DNA of 64,000 nt from Spirochaetia bacterium (GCA_965199955.1 CBDATQ010000001.1:544001-608000), one strand, 5' to 3'. Positions 51,550 to 61,140 are shown, counted from the stretch's first letter. Numbers and translations are program-made. The notes: generated from the sequence alone by a model not told the origin.

Positions 51550-52155
51550 TCACGCGGAGCCGGCATCCGACCCGCCCTCGACTGCCGGACAGGCCGCGAT
51601 CTGTTCCTGCAGGAAGTCCGGCCGCTTGACGCCGCGCTTCGACAGCAGCGTTCGCTCGGTCTGTCCGGGGCAGATCAGGATCACCGGCGCCGACGGCGGG
51701 TTGAGCACGGCCACGCCGAACTCGTCGCGCAGCGACCGCGACAGCTCCACGGGGGAGACTGCGTACAGCCAGTCGAAGCCGTGGCGATCCAGGTGGCGGA
51801 CGACCTGTCTCTGCGTCTCGTTGGGGTCGGTGTTGATGGTGACGGAGATCACCGCGTCGCCGACCTCTTCGTGCAGGGCGGCGAGCTGCCGCTGCTGGCT
51901 GGTGCAGGTCGAGCACCAGACCGCGAAGGTCTCCAGCAGGATCGGCTTGTCCGCGAACTGCGCGAGCGTAAACGTGTCGCCGGTGCGGATGTTGGTGAGC
52001 TCGACGCCGAGCCAAGCGACGACCGGCTCGGGACCCGTCGATTCCTCGGTCGACTGCTCGTCGGCCGCGTAGGCGACCGCGCCGAGGGTGAGGAGCGCGC
52101 CTGCGATGAGGCTGGTAGTGGCGAGTCTGCGCCTGGTCCGTTTCATCCGTTTCAT
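51550..52155 (-). CDS. Exported TlpA/thioredoxin-like disulfide reductase
   Basis: Signal peptide; FAVWCSTC, DPNE. Confidence 0.85.
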   Translation of the reverse strand: MKRMKRTRRRLATTSLIAGALLTLGAVAYAADEQSTEESTGPEPVVAWLGVELTNIRTGDTFTLAQFADKPILLETFAVWCSTCTSQQRQLAALHEEVGDAVISVTINTDPNETQRQVVRHLDRHGFDWLYAVSPVELSRSLRDEFGVAVLNPPSAPVILICPGQTERTLLSKRGVKRPDFLQEQIAACPAVEGGSDAGSA

Positions 52156-52299
52156 CCTTCTTGTGGTTCTACCAGTGGTGATCGTCCGAAGCATGCCGAT
52201 CTTACCCGTCAAGCGGGATGTCCGTCAGACTTCTTGAGCGCGCGCTCGAGCGCCCGCTCTTGAGCGGCCGGTACCGACCGGTCATGCTGTGCCCGGAAC

Positions 52300-52497
52300 A
52301 TGGAGATGGCGGACATCAAGATCACGATCAGCGACAACGGACCCCTCCTGGTCACCGGGCCGGTGACCCTGCTGGACGCCCGCGGCAACCCGGTGGAAGG
52401 GGCCTCGGACAAGATGGCGCTCTGCCGCTGCGGCGCGTCGGGCAACAAGCCGTTCTGCGACGGCACCCATCGCGAGATCGGCTTCAGCGGAACGTAG
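52300..52497 (+). CDS. CDGSH iron-sulfur domain protein
   Basis: NGPL; LCRCGASGNKPFCDGTH. Confidence 0.93.
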   Translation: MEMADIKITISDNGPLLVTGPVTLLDARGNPVEGASDKMALCRCGASGNKPFCDGTHREIGFSGT

Positions 52498-52519
52498 CAG
52501 GCCTCCCGCCGGCAGCGCT

Positions 52520-53365
52520 TCAGGCGAACTCGTCGGAGCGCTGGAACATGCCGGTCGGCACGGCGTCGCCTGACGGGATCTTGCCGACCGGGTTGCGGGA
52601 CGGCGCCGTGCCGCGTGCGGGATAGGCTTCGAAGAACGGCCACTCGGCCAGATCGGCCTTCACGCGCGTGGGGCTGTAGCGGAAGGTGAGTCCCACGCGC
52701 GGGCGGCCGTCGCGGCTGGTCGTCGATCCGTGCACGAGGCCGATGTCGTGCAGGGACATCTGGCCGGCGCGCAGGTCCATGCTGACCACGCGGTCGTCAT
52801 CGATGCGCTCGGCGGGTATCTCCTGCGCCAGTGCGTAGTCGGCCCGTTCGCTGATCCGGTGCTCGAACGCGCCGTCGCGGTGGCTGCCGGCAACCACCTG
52901 CATGGCACCGTTGCCGGCGTCGGTGTCGAACACCGCCAGCCACACGGTGGCCGCTTCCAGCGGCGCAAGCGGCCAGTATTGGCCGTCCTGGTGCCACGGC
53001 ACGGTCTGCCGGCGATTGTCGGCCGAGGCGACGTCGCCCGCGGCGGGCAGCTTGCAAAAGAACTGCGCGCCCCAGCAGTAGAAGTCGTCGCCCAGCACGC
53101 AGTGCACGTAATCCAGGATGGGGTCGAAACGCGACAGCTCGTACACCCAGCGGTTGGCCTTGTGCCAGCAGTTGACCCGGTTGATGTCCGTGCCGGCCGG
53201 CAGCTTGGCGAGCAGCTCGCGGAAGCGGTCCTGCACGGTCTGCACCGATGCGTCGTCCAGCACCGGGAGTCCCAGCAGGTAGCCGTCCCGTTCGTAGCCG
53301 GCCACGGCCTCGGACGACAGCGGCGCTGCCCGGGCGCTGGCGGCGGGCGGCGGATGACCGGCCAT
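52520..53365 (-). CDS. PhyH-family Fe(II)/2-oxoglutarate dioxygenase
   Basis: YERDGY, PWHQDGQYW, GSH, LVHGS...R. Confidence 0.92.
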   Translation of the reverse strand: MAGHPPPAASARAAPLSSEAVAGYERDGYLLGLPVLDDASVQTVQDRFRELLAKLPAGTDINRVNCWHKANRWVYELSRFDPILDYVHCVLGDDFYCWGAQFFCKLPAAGDVASADNRRQTVPWHQDGQYWPLAPLEAATVWLAVFDTDAGNGAMQVVAGSHRDGAFEHRISERADYALAQEIPAERIDDDRVVSMDLRAGQMSLHDIGLVHGSTTSRDGRPRVGLTFRYSPTRVKADLAEWPFFEAYPARGTAPSRNPVGKIPSGDAVPTGMFQRSDEFA

Positions 53366-53367
53366 CG

Positions 53368-54045
53368 CTACTGCCACCCGAAGCGCCGCGCCGCCTCCGC
53401 TGCGGTGAACTCCGCGCTTTCGGCGAAGCGCCGCTTGCCGTCCTCCAGGTCGATCACGGACTGCACGGCGGCGAGCGTCTCCTCGGCGCGGTCCAGCGGC
53501 ACCCGCAGGCAGCCGTTGCTGTCGGCCATGACCAGGTCGCCCGGGCGGATGCGGAGCTGGCCGACCGTGATCGGCGCGCCGACGCGCACGGGACGAAACA
53601 CGCCGTGGCCGGGCACCACCCCCCACGCGAACATCGGGAGCCCCACGTCGCGGATCCCGTCCAGGTCGCGAATGGTGCCGTCGACGATCACGCCGGCGAC
53701 GCCGAGCCGCTTGTGCATGACCGCCATCACGTCGCCGAACGACGCGCCGCGCCCCGGGTAACTGTCGACGTCACGCGTGACCACCACGTGGGGCCCTTCG
53801 GTTTCCTCCAGGTGGCGGTAATGGTCGCGCCAGCTGGCCGCCAGCGAATCGGGGTCATTGGTGGTCACCTCGACGGTGGCCGCGTAGCCGATCACGCTGC
53901 CCAGCTCGGGGAGCAGCGAGCGGATCGTGTGGTCGGTGTACTCCAGGTTCGGCAGGCCGAAACGCGTGACCATGGCGTTGAAGACGGTCGGCGTGTCGTG
54001 CGCTGCCAGCCCTGCGAAGACGTGGTCAGGTAGCCGTTGCATCAC
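53368..54045 (-). CDS. RraA/HMG-aldolase family protein
   Basis: DTPTV, GYAAT, FGDVM, DGTIRD, PGDLVMADSNG. Confidence 0.88.
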   Translation of the reverse strand: MMQRLPDHVFAGLAAHDTPTVFNAMVTRFGLPNLEYTDHTIRSLLPELGSVIGYAATVEVTTNDPDSLAASWRDHYRHLEETEGPHVVVTRDVDSYPGRGASFGDVMAVMHKRLGVAGVIVDGTIRDLDGIRDVGLPMFAWGVVPGHGVFRPVRVGAPITVGQLRIRPGDLVMADSNGCLRVPLDRAEETLAAVQSVIDLEDGKRRFAESAEFTAAEAARRFGWQ

Positions 54046-54103
54046 GCAGCGGATAGTACCCCATCAACCGATGTCGGCGGGTGCCGCTCAACCAGGCTTC
54101 TGC

Positions 54104-55558
54104 CTACCCGGCGATCGCGGCCAGCGCGTCCTGCAGGCCGACCGAGAGGTCGATCGCAAGCGCCAGGTAGGCGCCGCCCAGTGCGTGGACGGCCGCGATC
54201 GCGGCGTCCTCGGCTTCCTGCAGCGGCAACGCCGCGTCGGCCAGCCCCGTGTCGCTGAGCGCGCCGGCGGCATGCCGGCGGGCCGCCTGATCGGCCTGCA
54301 GGGTGGCGCGTTCCCGGCGCAGCGCGGCCAGCTCCTCGGCCGCGATGGCGCGCTCCAGGTCGAGCCGCGACCGCTGCAGGCCGCTCTGGGCCGCGCTCTG
54401 TGCGGTGACCAGCGCCCGCTGCGCGGAGTCCACCCGCGCCTCCGCCTGCTGCACGGCGATCGCCTGCTTGCCGCCGTCGTACAGCGTGTAGCTGCCGGTC
54501 ACCGATACGCTCAAGCCTCCCAGGCCCGGGGGCCCGGAGCCCTTGGAGTAGGCGAGCGTCAGGGACAGGGACGGGAGCGACCCGCGTTGCGCCTGCGCAA
54601 GCTGCAGCCGTGCTGCATCGAGCTGCGCCCGCGCCTCCAGCACTGCCAGGGCGCTGTCGGGATCGGCCATGCCCGCGGATGTCTCCAGCAGGTCGCGCGC
54701 CGCTCGGCGCAGCGCACCGGCTTCGACCGACGGAGCGATCAGCGCGGTCTCCGGCAGACCCAGGTCGGCGAAGAACGCCGCGGTGTCCAGCGCCAGCGAC
54801 GCGCGCGCGTCGGCGACGGCATTGCGCCGTTCGATGGCAGTGATGCGGGCGCCCAGCAGCGCGATCCGGTCGGCCGCCTGCTGCTCCACGAGCGACCGTG
54901 TGTTGGCCAGCTCGCGCTCCGCGATGGCCAGGCGCTCCTCGGCAACGGCCAGCGCCGCCGCGCGTTCGGTCAGGCTCACGAAGGTCAGGGCGACCTGTTG
55001 CGCCACGTCGCTCTGCGTGGTCCGCACGCGCAGCCGGGCCAGACGCAGGTCGTCGCGGCGCCCCGCCAGGGCCACGGCGGTCGGCGACAACCGGCCGGCC
55101 GGCAGCAGGTCCTGGGAGATGGAGACGCTCTGCGCGTCCGTGAACCGCTCCTCGTCGCTCGTTCCGCGGCGGTCCAGGTCGTCCAGCTCGACCCCGGCGG
55201 TGTAGGAGCCGGCGATGCTCATCCCCCACGGCAACTCCACCTCCGCCGACAGCGTGCCGCTGGCGTCCGCGTCGAAGGTCTCGACCACGTCCTCGAAGGT
55301 GCCGTCCTCCCATGGGGCCAGGCTGACGCCGCCGCTGGCGGGGGTGGCGCGCACCGACACGGACACGCCGCCGTGGTCGATCTCCGCCAGGCGCAGCGAG
55401 AGCGCCGCCGACTCCAGGGCCGCTCGCGCCTGAACCACCGACGGGTGGAAGGCAAGGGCGGCCCGGATCGCGGCGGTCAGGTCGAGACCCTGGGCGGCTG
55501 CCGGAGACGCCGCGACGACGAGCGTGGCAAGCGCCGGCAGCCAGAACCGTCGGCTCAC
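54104..55558 (-). CDS. TolC-family outer-membrane factor
   Basis: Signal peptide, helical repeats, LPSLSL...YTLYDGG. Confidence 0.8.
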   Translation of the reverse strand: MSRRFWLPALATLVVAASPAAAQGLDLTAAIRAALAFHPSVVQARAALESAALSLRLAEIDHGGVSVSVRATPASGGVSLAPWEDGTFEDVVETFDADASGTLSAEVELPWGMSIAGSYTAGVELDDLDRRGTSDEERFTDAQSVSISQDLLPAGRLSPTAVALAGRRDDLRLARLRVRTTQSDVAQQVALTFVSLTERAAALAVAEERLAIAERELANTRSLVEQQAADRIALLGARITAIERRNAVADARASLALDTAAFFADLGLPETALIAPSVEAGALRRAARDLLETSAGMADPDSALAVLEARAQLDAARLQLAQAQRGSLPSLSLTLAYSKGSGPPGLGGLSVSVTGSYTLYDGGKQAIAVQQAEARVDSAQRALVTAQSAAQSGLQRSRLDLERAIAAEELAALRRERATLQADQAARRHAAGALSDTGLADAALPLQEAEDAAIAAVHALGGAYLALAIDLSVGLQDALAAIAG

Positions 55559-56607
55559 CGGCTCTCCCAGACCGCCAGCACGTCGGTGCCGGCGGCGTCA
55601 TGCAGTCGGATCCACGCGAAATAGGCCGCCCACTGCGCCGCGCGCAGCGCGTCCTCCGCGCCCACCAGGTCGGCCTGCGAGGAGGCGAGCTGGGACTCGG
55701 TGAGCAGGCCGGCGTCGAACTGCTCCTGGGTGCGCCGGGTGTTCTCCGCCTGCAGCTCGAGTTGCAATTCGCGCAAGGTCACGGTGCCGAGCGCCTGCTG
55801 CGCGCTGGCATAGGCGCTGGCAGTCGCGAGCTGCAAGTCGGAGGCGGTGCTCTCCACGGTGGCCCGGCTGCTGGTCACGGTGTTGGTGGCGGTCAGCAGG
55901 TCCAGCGGCGAGGTGCCCTGCATGGACTTCAACTTCAGGTCCAGCTCGTCGATCTCGAGCTGCCGGGCAGCGAAGTCGTGCTCGGCCCGTTCCGCCGTCG
56001 TCGCAAGAAAGGAGTCGAGGGCGCCGGGATCGGACACGGCCGGCGGCTGCGACGTGAGCACCGCCGCGTCCAGCACGGCCATGTCGATGCCGGTGGCGTC
56101 CGCCAGGTCGGGCAGCGTGGTGAACTGGCGCGTGTTGCGCGCGCCCGCCAGGTTCAGATCCGCGCTGAGCGCCGCCACGCGGGCCTGCAGCTCGGTGACC
56201 GGGCTGGCGGCGCCGATCTCGACGCGCTCGGCGGCCTGCTGGAGGTCGAGCTGTGCCAGCCGCAGGCGCTCTTCCAGCATGCTCAGGTTCTCATTGGCCT
56301 GCTGCAGGCGCACGTACGCCTCCGCCAGCGACAGCAGCTCGCGTACGGTTGCCTGCCCGAAGGTGAGCTGCGCGCGCTCCCACTGCAGCTCGGCCTTGAT
56401 CTGGTCCAGGCGCGCGTCCGAGGAGGCGATTGAGCGGTCGTAGGCGACGCGGGAGTTCTCCAGCGTCAGCGCCGCCGACTGCAGTGTCGGGTTGGCCGCT
56501 TCGGCGGTGGTCAGCATCCCGGTGATGGACAGCTCCTCCGCGCCAGCGGGAAGCGCGAGCGCCGCCAGCAGGGCGACGAGAACCGGTAGCAGGGTGCGAG
56601 TCTTCAT
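55555..56607 (-). CDS. TolC-family-like protein, short and apparently lacking most beta-strands
   Basis: GGAGG SD, signal peptide, ANPTL, RVEIGAAS and QFDAGLLT OEP-type turns. Confidence 0.7.
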   Translation of the reverse strand: MKTRTLLPVLVALLAALALPAGAEELSITGMLTTAEAANPTLQSAALTLENSRVAYDRSIASSDARLDQIKAELQWERAQLTFGQATVRELLSLAEAYVRLQQANENLSMLEERLRLAQLDLQQAAERVEIGAASPVTELQARVAALSADLNLAGARNTRQFTTLPDLADATGIDMAVLDAAVLTSQPPAVSDPGALDSFLATTAERAEHDFAARQLEIDELDLKLKSMQGTSPLDLLTATNTVTSSRATVESTASDLQLATASAYASAQQALGTVTLRELQLELQAENTRRTQEQFDAGLLTESQLASSQADLVGAEDALRAAQWAAYFAWIRLHDAAGTDVLAVWESR

Positions 56608-56626
56608 GGAATTCCTCCAACAGGGG

Positions 56627-58153
56627 TCATCCGCGGAGGCCTTGCCCAAGGCCCGCGGATGGGGTCGAGGCGAGATCGGCCGCCGATGGCGCGGCGAGCA
56701 GATCCTTCGAAACCGTGGCGGGCTCAACGCCCGCCGCGGCGTGCTGCACATCGGTAGGGATCACCTCCGTGCCCATTATACGGTGCTGCCCATCGCCGGC
56801 CGAGATCAGCCGCGCGGGGACCGTGATCACGAACGTCGTTCCGGGCGGCTGCCGGCTGTCCACCTCGAGGCTGAAGCCGTGCGCGTCGGTGATGCTGCGC
56901 GCGATCGACAGGCCCAGTCCGAAGCCGGAGGAGGTGCCGGCGCCGCGGTAGAACGGGTCGAACAGGTGGGGCCGGTCCTCCGCGGCGATGCCGGGGCCGG
57001 AGTCGGCGATACGCACCTCGACGTCGCCGCCGTCGGCGACGGACGCAGACACGGTCACGGTGCCGTCCTCCGGCGTGAAGCGCAGGGCGTTGTCCAGGAT
57101 GTTCTCGTACGCGCGCGACAGCAGCGTGGCATCCAGAGGCGCCTCCAGTCGTTGGGGAATGCGGACTTCGTGCCGCAGGCGCCGCTTCAGCACGGCGGCG
57201 TCGCCGGCGACTCCCGCGCAGAGCTTGCGGTGGAACGCGGCCAGTCCGGTCGGAACCGGCTCGATGTGCCACTGGCTGGACGACAGCCGCACGTACTCGA
57301 TCAGCTCGCTGACGCGCGCGCCGAGCAGGTCCGCCTTCTCGGCGATGATTTCCAGGTACCGGTCACGGGTCTCGCGATCCTCGGCCATGCCGTCGGCGAT
57401 CGCCTCCAGGTAGCCCTTGATCGCCGTGAGCGGCGTCTTCACGTCGTGCGTCACCGCGGCCAGCAGCCGCGAACGGCGCTCGGTCTCCTCCTTGAGGGCG
57501 CCGCGCATGGCGTCGAACGACCGCGCCAGCGACGCCAGCTCCGAGTTGCCGCGAGCGTCCAGCTCGAAGTCCAGGTCGCCGTCGGCGACCCTGCGGGTGG
57601 CGCGCTGCAGGCGCGTGACCGAGCGGTTGACCCCGGTGGCGATGATCCAGGCCCCGCCGGCGGCGATCACCGCCAGCGGCAGGAAGATCGCCAGCCCGTA
57701 GCGCAGCATCCAGACCAGCCGGCCGTGCCGCGCCAGCGCCGGGATCGCCTGGCCCGGCACGCTCAACAGAAAGGTGCCGGCCAGCTCGCCGTCCCGGAAC
57801 AGGGGTTCCAGCATGGTGCGGATGTCCGGGTCCCGGCGGGAGGCGTGCAGCAACTCGCGCGGGTCCACCGCGGCGCCGCGGCCGTACTCCGTGCCGGTAG
57901 AGAACAGCACCAGGTTCTCGGTGTCCAGGACGGTCAGGGCGACCCCGTCGGGCAGGTCGATGCTCGCCTGCTCCCCGGCCAGCACCCGCGGCAGGTCGTC
58001 GCGGATCACGCGCATCGCCAGCGGGAAGTCGCGCTGAGCCACGTCCGTACGCTGGCGCAGCAGGGTGCTGGCGACGGCGAAGATGGCGGAGACCAGCACC
58101 GGCGACAGGGCGACCGCGGCCACCAGCAGCAGGAGCTGCGTGCGCAGCCTCAA
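56627..58153 (-). CDS. Sensor histidine kinase (2 TM, HAMP, HisKA, HATPase)
   Basis: THDVKTPL, NILDNALRF, DSGPGI, FDPFYRG, GLGLSI; TTGA overlap with regulator stop. Confidence 0.95.
   Translation of the reverse strand: MRLRTQLLLLVAAVALSPVLVSAIFAVASTLLRQRTDVAQRDFPLAMRVIRDDLPRVLAGEQASIDLPDGVALTVLDTENLVLFSTGTEYGRGAAVDPRELLHASRRDPDIRTMLEPLFRDGELAGTFLLSVPGQAIPALARHGRLVWMLRYGLAIFLPLAVIAAGGAWIIATGVNRSVTRLQRATRRVADGDLDFELDARGNSELASLARSFDAMRGALKEETERRSRLLAAVTHDVKTPLTAIKGYLEAIADGMAEDRETRDRYLEIIAEKADLLGARVSELIEYVRLSSSQWHIEPVPTGLAAFHRKLCAGVAGDAAVLKRRLRHEVRIPQRLEAPLDATLLSRAYENILDNALRFTPEDGTVTVSASVADGGDVEVRIADSGPGIAAEDRPHLFDPFYRGAGTSSGFGLGLSIARSITDAHGFSLEVDSRQPPGTTFVITVPARLISAGDGQHRIMGTEVIPTDVQHAAAGVEPATVSKDLLAAPSAADLASTPSAGLGQGLRG
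56628..56661 (-). promoter_or_regulatory. GC-rich stem-loop immediately upstream of the tolC-like SD
   Basis: Paired arms CATCCGCG/CGCGGATG and GGCCTTG/CAAGGCC. Confidence 0.5.
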
Positions 58154-58842
58154 GAGGAGTCCTCCGGGGTCGGGTTGAACCGGTAGCCGACGCCGCGCAC
58201 GGTCTGCACCCAGCGGGCACCGTCGTCGCCAAGCTTCTTGCGGATGCGCTGCACGTGCACGGTGACCGTCGACAGGTCGCCGAAACGGTTGCCCCACACG
58301 CGGTCGTAGATCTGCTCGGCAGTGAACACCTGCCCGGGCGAGGCGGCCAGCATCGCCAGCAGCTCGAACTCCCGGCGCGCCAGGTTGAGGGGCTGTCCGT
58401 CGAGCGTTGCGGCGTACCCGTCGGGGTCGATGGCAAGCGGCCCATAGCGCAGGCCGGGCTCGGCCGCCTCCGCCGACGCACGCCGGCGGCGCAGGTGGGC
58501 GCGCACGCGGGCGGTCAACACCTTGGGGGAGAACGGCTTGGTGACATAGTCGTCGGCGCCGACGCCGAAGGCGAATATGCTGTCCTCTTCGGCGTCGCGG
58601 GCGGTCAGGACCAGCACTGGCAGGTCGTGGCGGCGGCGCAGGTCGGCCAGCAGCTCGAATCCGTCCCTGCCGGGAAGATTGACGTCCAGCAGCAACAGGT
58701 CGAATTCCTGCTCCTCGATGGCGGGCAGCGCTCCCTCGGCCGAGTCCTTTACCGTGACCTCGACGCCTTCCTTCTCCAGGTACATGCGCAGCAGTTCGCT
58801 GATGGCGCGATCATCCTCCACGACCAGCACCTTCCCCTGCAC
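58150..58842 (-). CDS. OmpR/PhoB-family response regulator (start GTG 58842 or ATG 58866)
   Basis: VEDD, LDVNLP, TKPF, winged helix TVRGVGY. Confidence 0.95.
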   Translation of the reverse strand: MQGKVLVVEDDRAISELLRMYLEKEGVEVTVKDSAEGALPAIEEQEFDLLLLDVNLPGRDGFELLADLRRRHDLPVLVLTARDAEEDSIFAFGVGADDYVTKPFSPKVLTARVRAHLRRRRASAEAAEPGLRYGPLAIDPDGYAATLDGQPLNLARREFELLAMLAASPGQVFTAEQIYDRVWGNRFGDLSTVTVHVQRIRKKLGDDGARWVQTVRGVGYRFNPTPEDSS

Positions 58843-58861
58843 CGTTGCGGTTTCCGCCGAG

Positions 58862-58905
58862 AGCATAGCGTGCCGGGCATAAACCGGGGCTTAACGGGTG
58901 CTGAA
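58862..58905 (-). promoter_or_regulatory. Candidate autoregulated promoter with three phased direct repeats and a -10 box
   Basis: TTCAG-N6-TTAAG-N6-TTTAT, then 11 nt, then TATGCT. Confidence 0.55.
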
Positions 58906-59040
58906 AGCGGACGGAACCCGCGCCGTAGCATCCTGGCCTCCATCATCGCAACGACCCCCTCCGGCCTGTTCCGCATCAGCCGCGTGAGGACGACTCAGTC
59001 GTTGATCGAAGGCGTGCCATTTTTACGCGATGATACGCGG

Positions 59041-59091
59041 ATACCTTGATAAAGTAAATTCATATATAAATATTTATAAGGTGTTCTAACT
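59041..59091. other. AT-rich patch with a perfect 14-bp palindrome
   Basis: 10 G/C in 51 nt; TATAAATATTTATA at 59065-59078. Confidence 0.7.
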
Positions 59092-59241
59092 AGGGGGCGG
59101 CTCAGGCTCATGCCGGCCGGTGAGCCGGCCGTCGCGGGCGCAGAGGCTGTACCGGCACGACCAGGTGCCGATTCTCCAAACTGGCCCGCTGCCGGTGACA
59201 CTTTCGGCCCACCGGCGGTACCATGGAGGTGAGGCAGAGCC

Positions 59242-59499
59242 ATGACCCCACCCGTCCGGACCGCGTTGCACGCTGTCTACGTGCTGGCCCTTCCGGTGCT
59301 GCTGGTCGGGATCTTCGTCGGCGGCTTCGTGTCACTGGCGGAGATCGAGGAGTACGAGGGCGTGCGCGAGCTCACCGTCTACGGCTCTCCGATCACGCCG
59401 CTGTTCGTCGGCGCGACCGCCGGTCCGGTGCTGCTGCTGGCCTACTGGCTGGTCCGCCACCTGTCCGGCGGCGGCAAGCGGTCCCGGCGCAAGCGCTGA
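59242..59499 (+). CDS. Small two-TM membrane protein
   Basis: GGAGGTGAGG SD; two hydrophobic helices; basic tail. Confidence 0.7.
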   Translation: MTPPVRTALHAVYVLALPVLLVGIFVGGFVSLAEIEEYEGVRELTVYGSPITPLFVGATAGPVLLLAYWLVRHLSGGGKRSRRKR

Positions 59500-59515
59500 C
59501 CCCGGCCCGCAGCCG

Positions 59516-59965
59516 TCAGAGCCTCAGCTTCACGACCACCTTGACGGTCGGCACGGCCGAGTCGGCGACGCAGCCGGGCTTGTGCGCGTCCTGAGGGTAG
59601 AGCACGACGAACATGCCCGGTTCCAGGACCACGGGCAGGCCGCCGTCGTGGCGGAACAGCTCCGCGTCGCCGTCCGGCTGGTAGCCTCCGCCGGGCGGCA
59701 TCGCGCCTAAGTCTTCCCAGTACAGGGTCTCCCGGCCGGAGACGATGTAGTGCACGTCCAGCCAGGCGCGGTGCGCCTCGTACGGGAGCTCGGAGGGCAA
59801 CTTTGTGGTGTAGCGGTTGACCATCACGTACATGCGCTCACCGCCGACCTCGTGCCGGCCGGTGGCCAGCTCCTCGAAGCCGCCGCGGCGCAGGAACGCG
59901 AACGCATCCGCCAGTCCGTCGACGGCTGCGTACGTGTCGGCGTTGTTCAGCCGGTCCAGGATCAT
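59516..59965 (-). CDS. YhcH/YjgK/YiaL (NanQ-like) cupin-fold protein
   Basis: MILDRL, YEAHRAWLDVHY, YPQDAHKP, KVVVKL. Confidence 0.92.
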   Translation of the reverse strand: MILDRLNNADTYAAVDGLADAFAFLRRGGFEELATGRHEVGGERMYVMVNRYTTKLPSELPYEAHRAWLDVHYIVSGRETLYWEDLGAMPPGGGYQPDGDAELFRHDGGLPVVLEPGMFVVLYPQDAHKPGCVADSAVPTVKVVVKLRL

Positions 59966-61140
59966 GGCAGTGCCCCCGTGCGCTCCACCGGCCAGCCGTG
60001 CTTGGCGGCCTGCACCGCCAGCCACTCCCGGTACGGCCGCGGAGCCGCATCCGGATCGCCCAGGCCGGCCTCGTGGCGCAGGCGCAGCAGCGGGTGGTCG
60101 CGCTCGGTCTGCGGCAGCGTGACCGGCCGCCGGTAGGCGCCGGACTCGAAGATCGCCAGGATGATCTCGATGATGTGGCGCCCACGGAGTCCGTCCGAGG
60201 GAGGGCTGCCGTCGGCGTCCAGCGCGTTGACGTAGTCGTCCACGTACCAGTACTCGCCCTCCGACACCCCGTCCGGCACTGGCGCCGGAGGCTGTTGCTC
60301 CGCCAGCGCCTCCCACTCGGCGCGGCCCGGCACCGCCCAGGGCACCGGCAGGATCCAGCCACCGTCGTAGTGCCAGCGCAGCCGCCCCTCGGTGCCGGCG
60401 ATCTCGAAGCCCAGCGCCTCCCGCTCGATGCCGGGGAACATGTGCTGGTGCAGGGTGCCGGTGAGCATCTGGTCGAACTCCAGTGTGGCCGTGATCTGCT
60501 GGCCGGCGATGGTCCCCATGCCGGACGGCGACTGCACCACGTCCTCGGCCGTGATCGGCCGTCCGTTCGTGAGCAGGGTGGCGGTCACCCGCCGGCACGG
60601 CCCGGTCACCGACAGCAGCCCGCTGAGCATGTGCGTGCCCATGTTCATCAGCTCGTAGCCGCCGTAGTAGCCCTTGCCGTTGGAGGTGACGTGCAGCGGC
60701 ACGCCGATGCGGCCCGCGTCCAGCGCCTGCTTGACGGCGCGGAGCGACCGCAGCGAGCTGCCCTGGTGGTGGACGGCGATCCGGGTGCCCAGCTCCTCGG
60801 CCCGCGCAAGCAGCGTGTCGGCCTGCGCCAGGTCGACCGTCATCGGCTTCTCCACGTCCAGGTGGCAGGGGCGGGCGGCCAGCACGCGCATGGCCAGCGG
60901 AAAGTGCAGGTCGGTCTGCACCGGCACGATGACGATGTCCGGCTCGACGGCCGCCAGCATCTGCTCGATGTCATCGAAGCGGGCGTGGACGCCGAGCTCG
61001 TCTCCCAGCGTGTCCAGTCGCTCCCGGTCCAGGTCGCAGAGCCCGACCACGTCGGTGCGCGGGTGATAGCAGTACGCGCGCGATGCGTGTCCGCCGCGGC
61101 TGCCGCAGCCCAGCAGCGCGGCGCGATAGATCTTCGCCAT
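59962..61140 (-). CDS. Gfo/Idh/MocA oxidoreductase
   Basis: LGCGSRG, VEKPM, NMGTH. Confidence 0.9.
   Translation of the reverse strand: MAKIYRAALLGCGSRGGHASRAYCYHPRTDVVGLCDLDRERLDTLGDELGVHARFDDIEQMLAAVEPDIVIVPVQTDLHFPLAMRVLAARPCHLDVEKPMTVDLAQADTLLARAEELGTRIAVHHQGSSLRSLRAVKQALDAGRIGVPLHVTSNGKGYYGGYELMNMGTHMLSGLLSVTGPCRRVTATLLTNGRPITAEDVVQSPSGMGTIAGQQITATLEFDQMLTGTLHQHMFPGIEREALGFEIAGTEGRLRWHYDGGWILPVPWAVPGRAEWEALAEQQPPAPVPDGVSEGEYWYVDDYVNALDADGSPPSDGLRGRHIIEIILAIFESGAYRRPVTLPQTERDHPLLRLRHEAGLGDPDAAPRPYREWLAVQAAKHGWPVERTGALP

Noticed and set aside
59055..59085. Possible dif (XerCD) site
   Set aside because: The TAA...TTA spacer is 4 nt rather than 6, and there is no TTATGTTAAAT-like XerD arm
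59030..59100. Possible oriC unwinding element
   Set aside because: No convincing DnaA boxes and no dnaA or dnaN nearby
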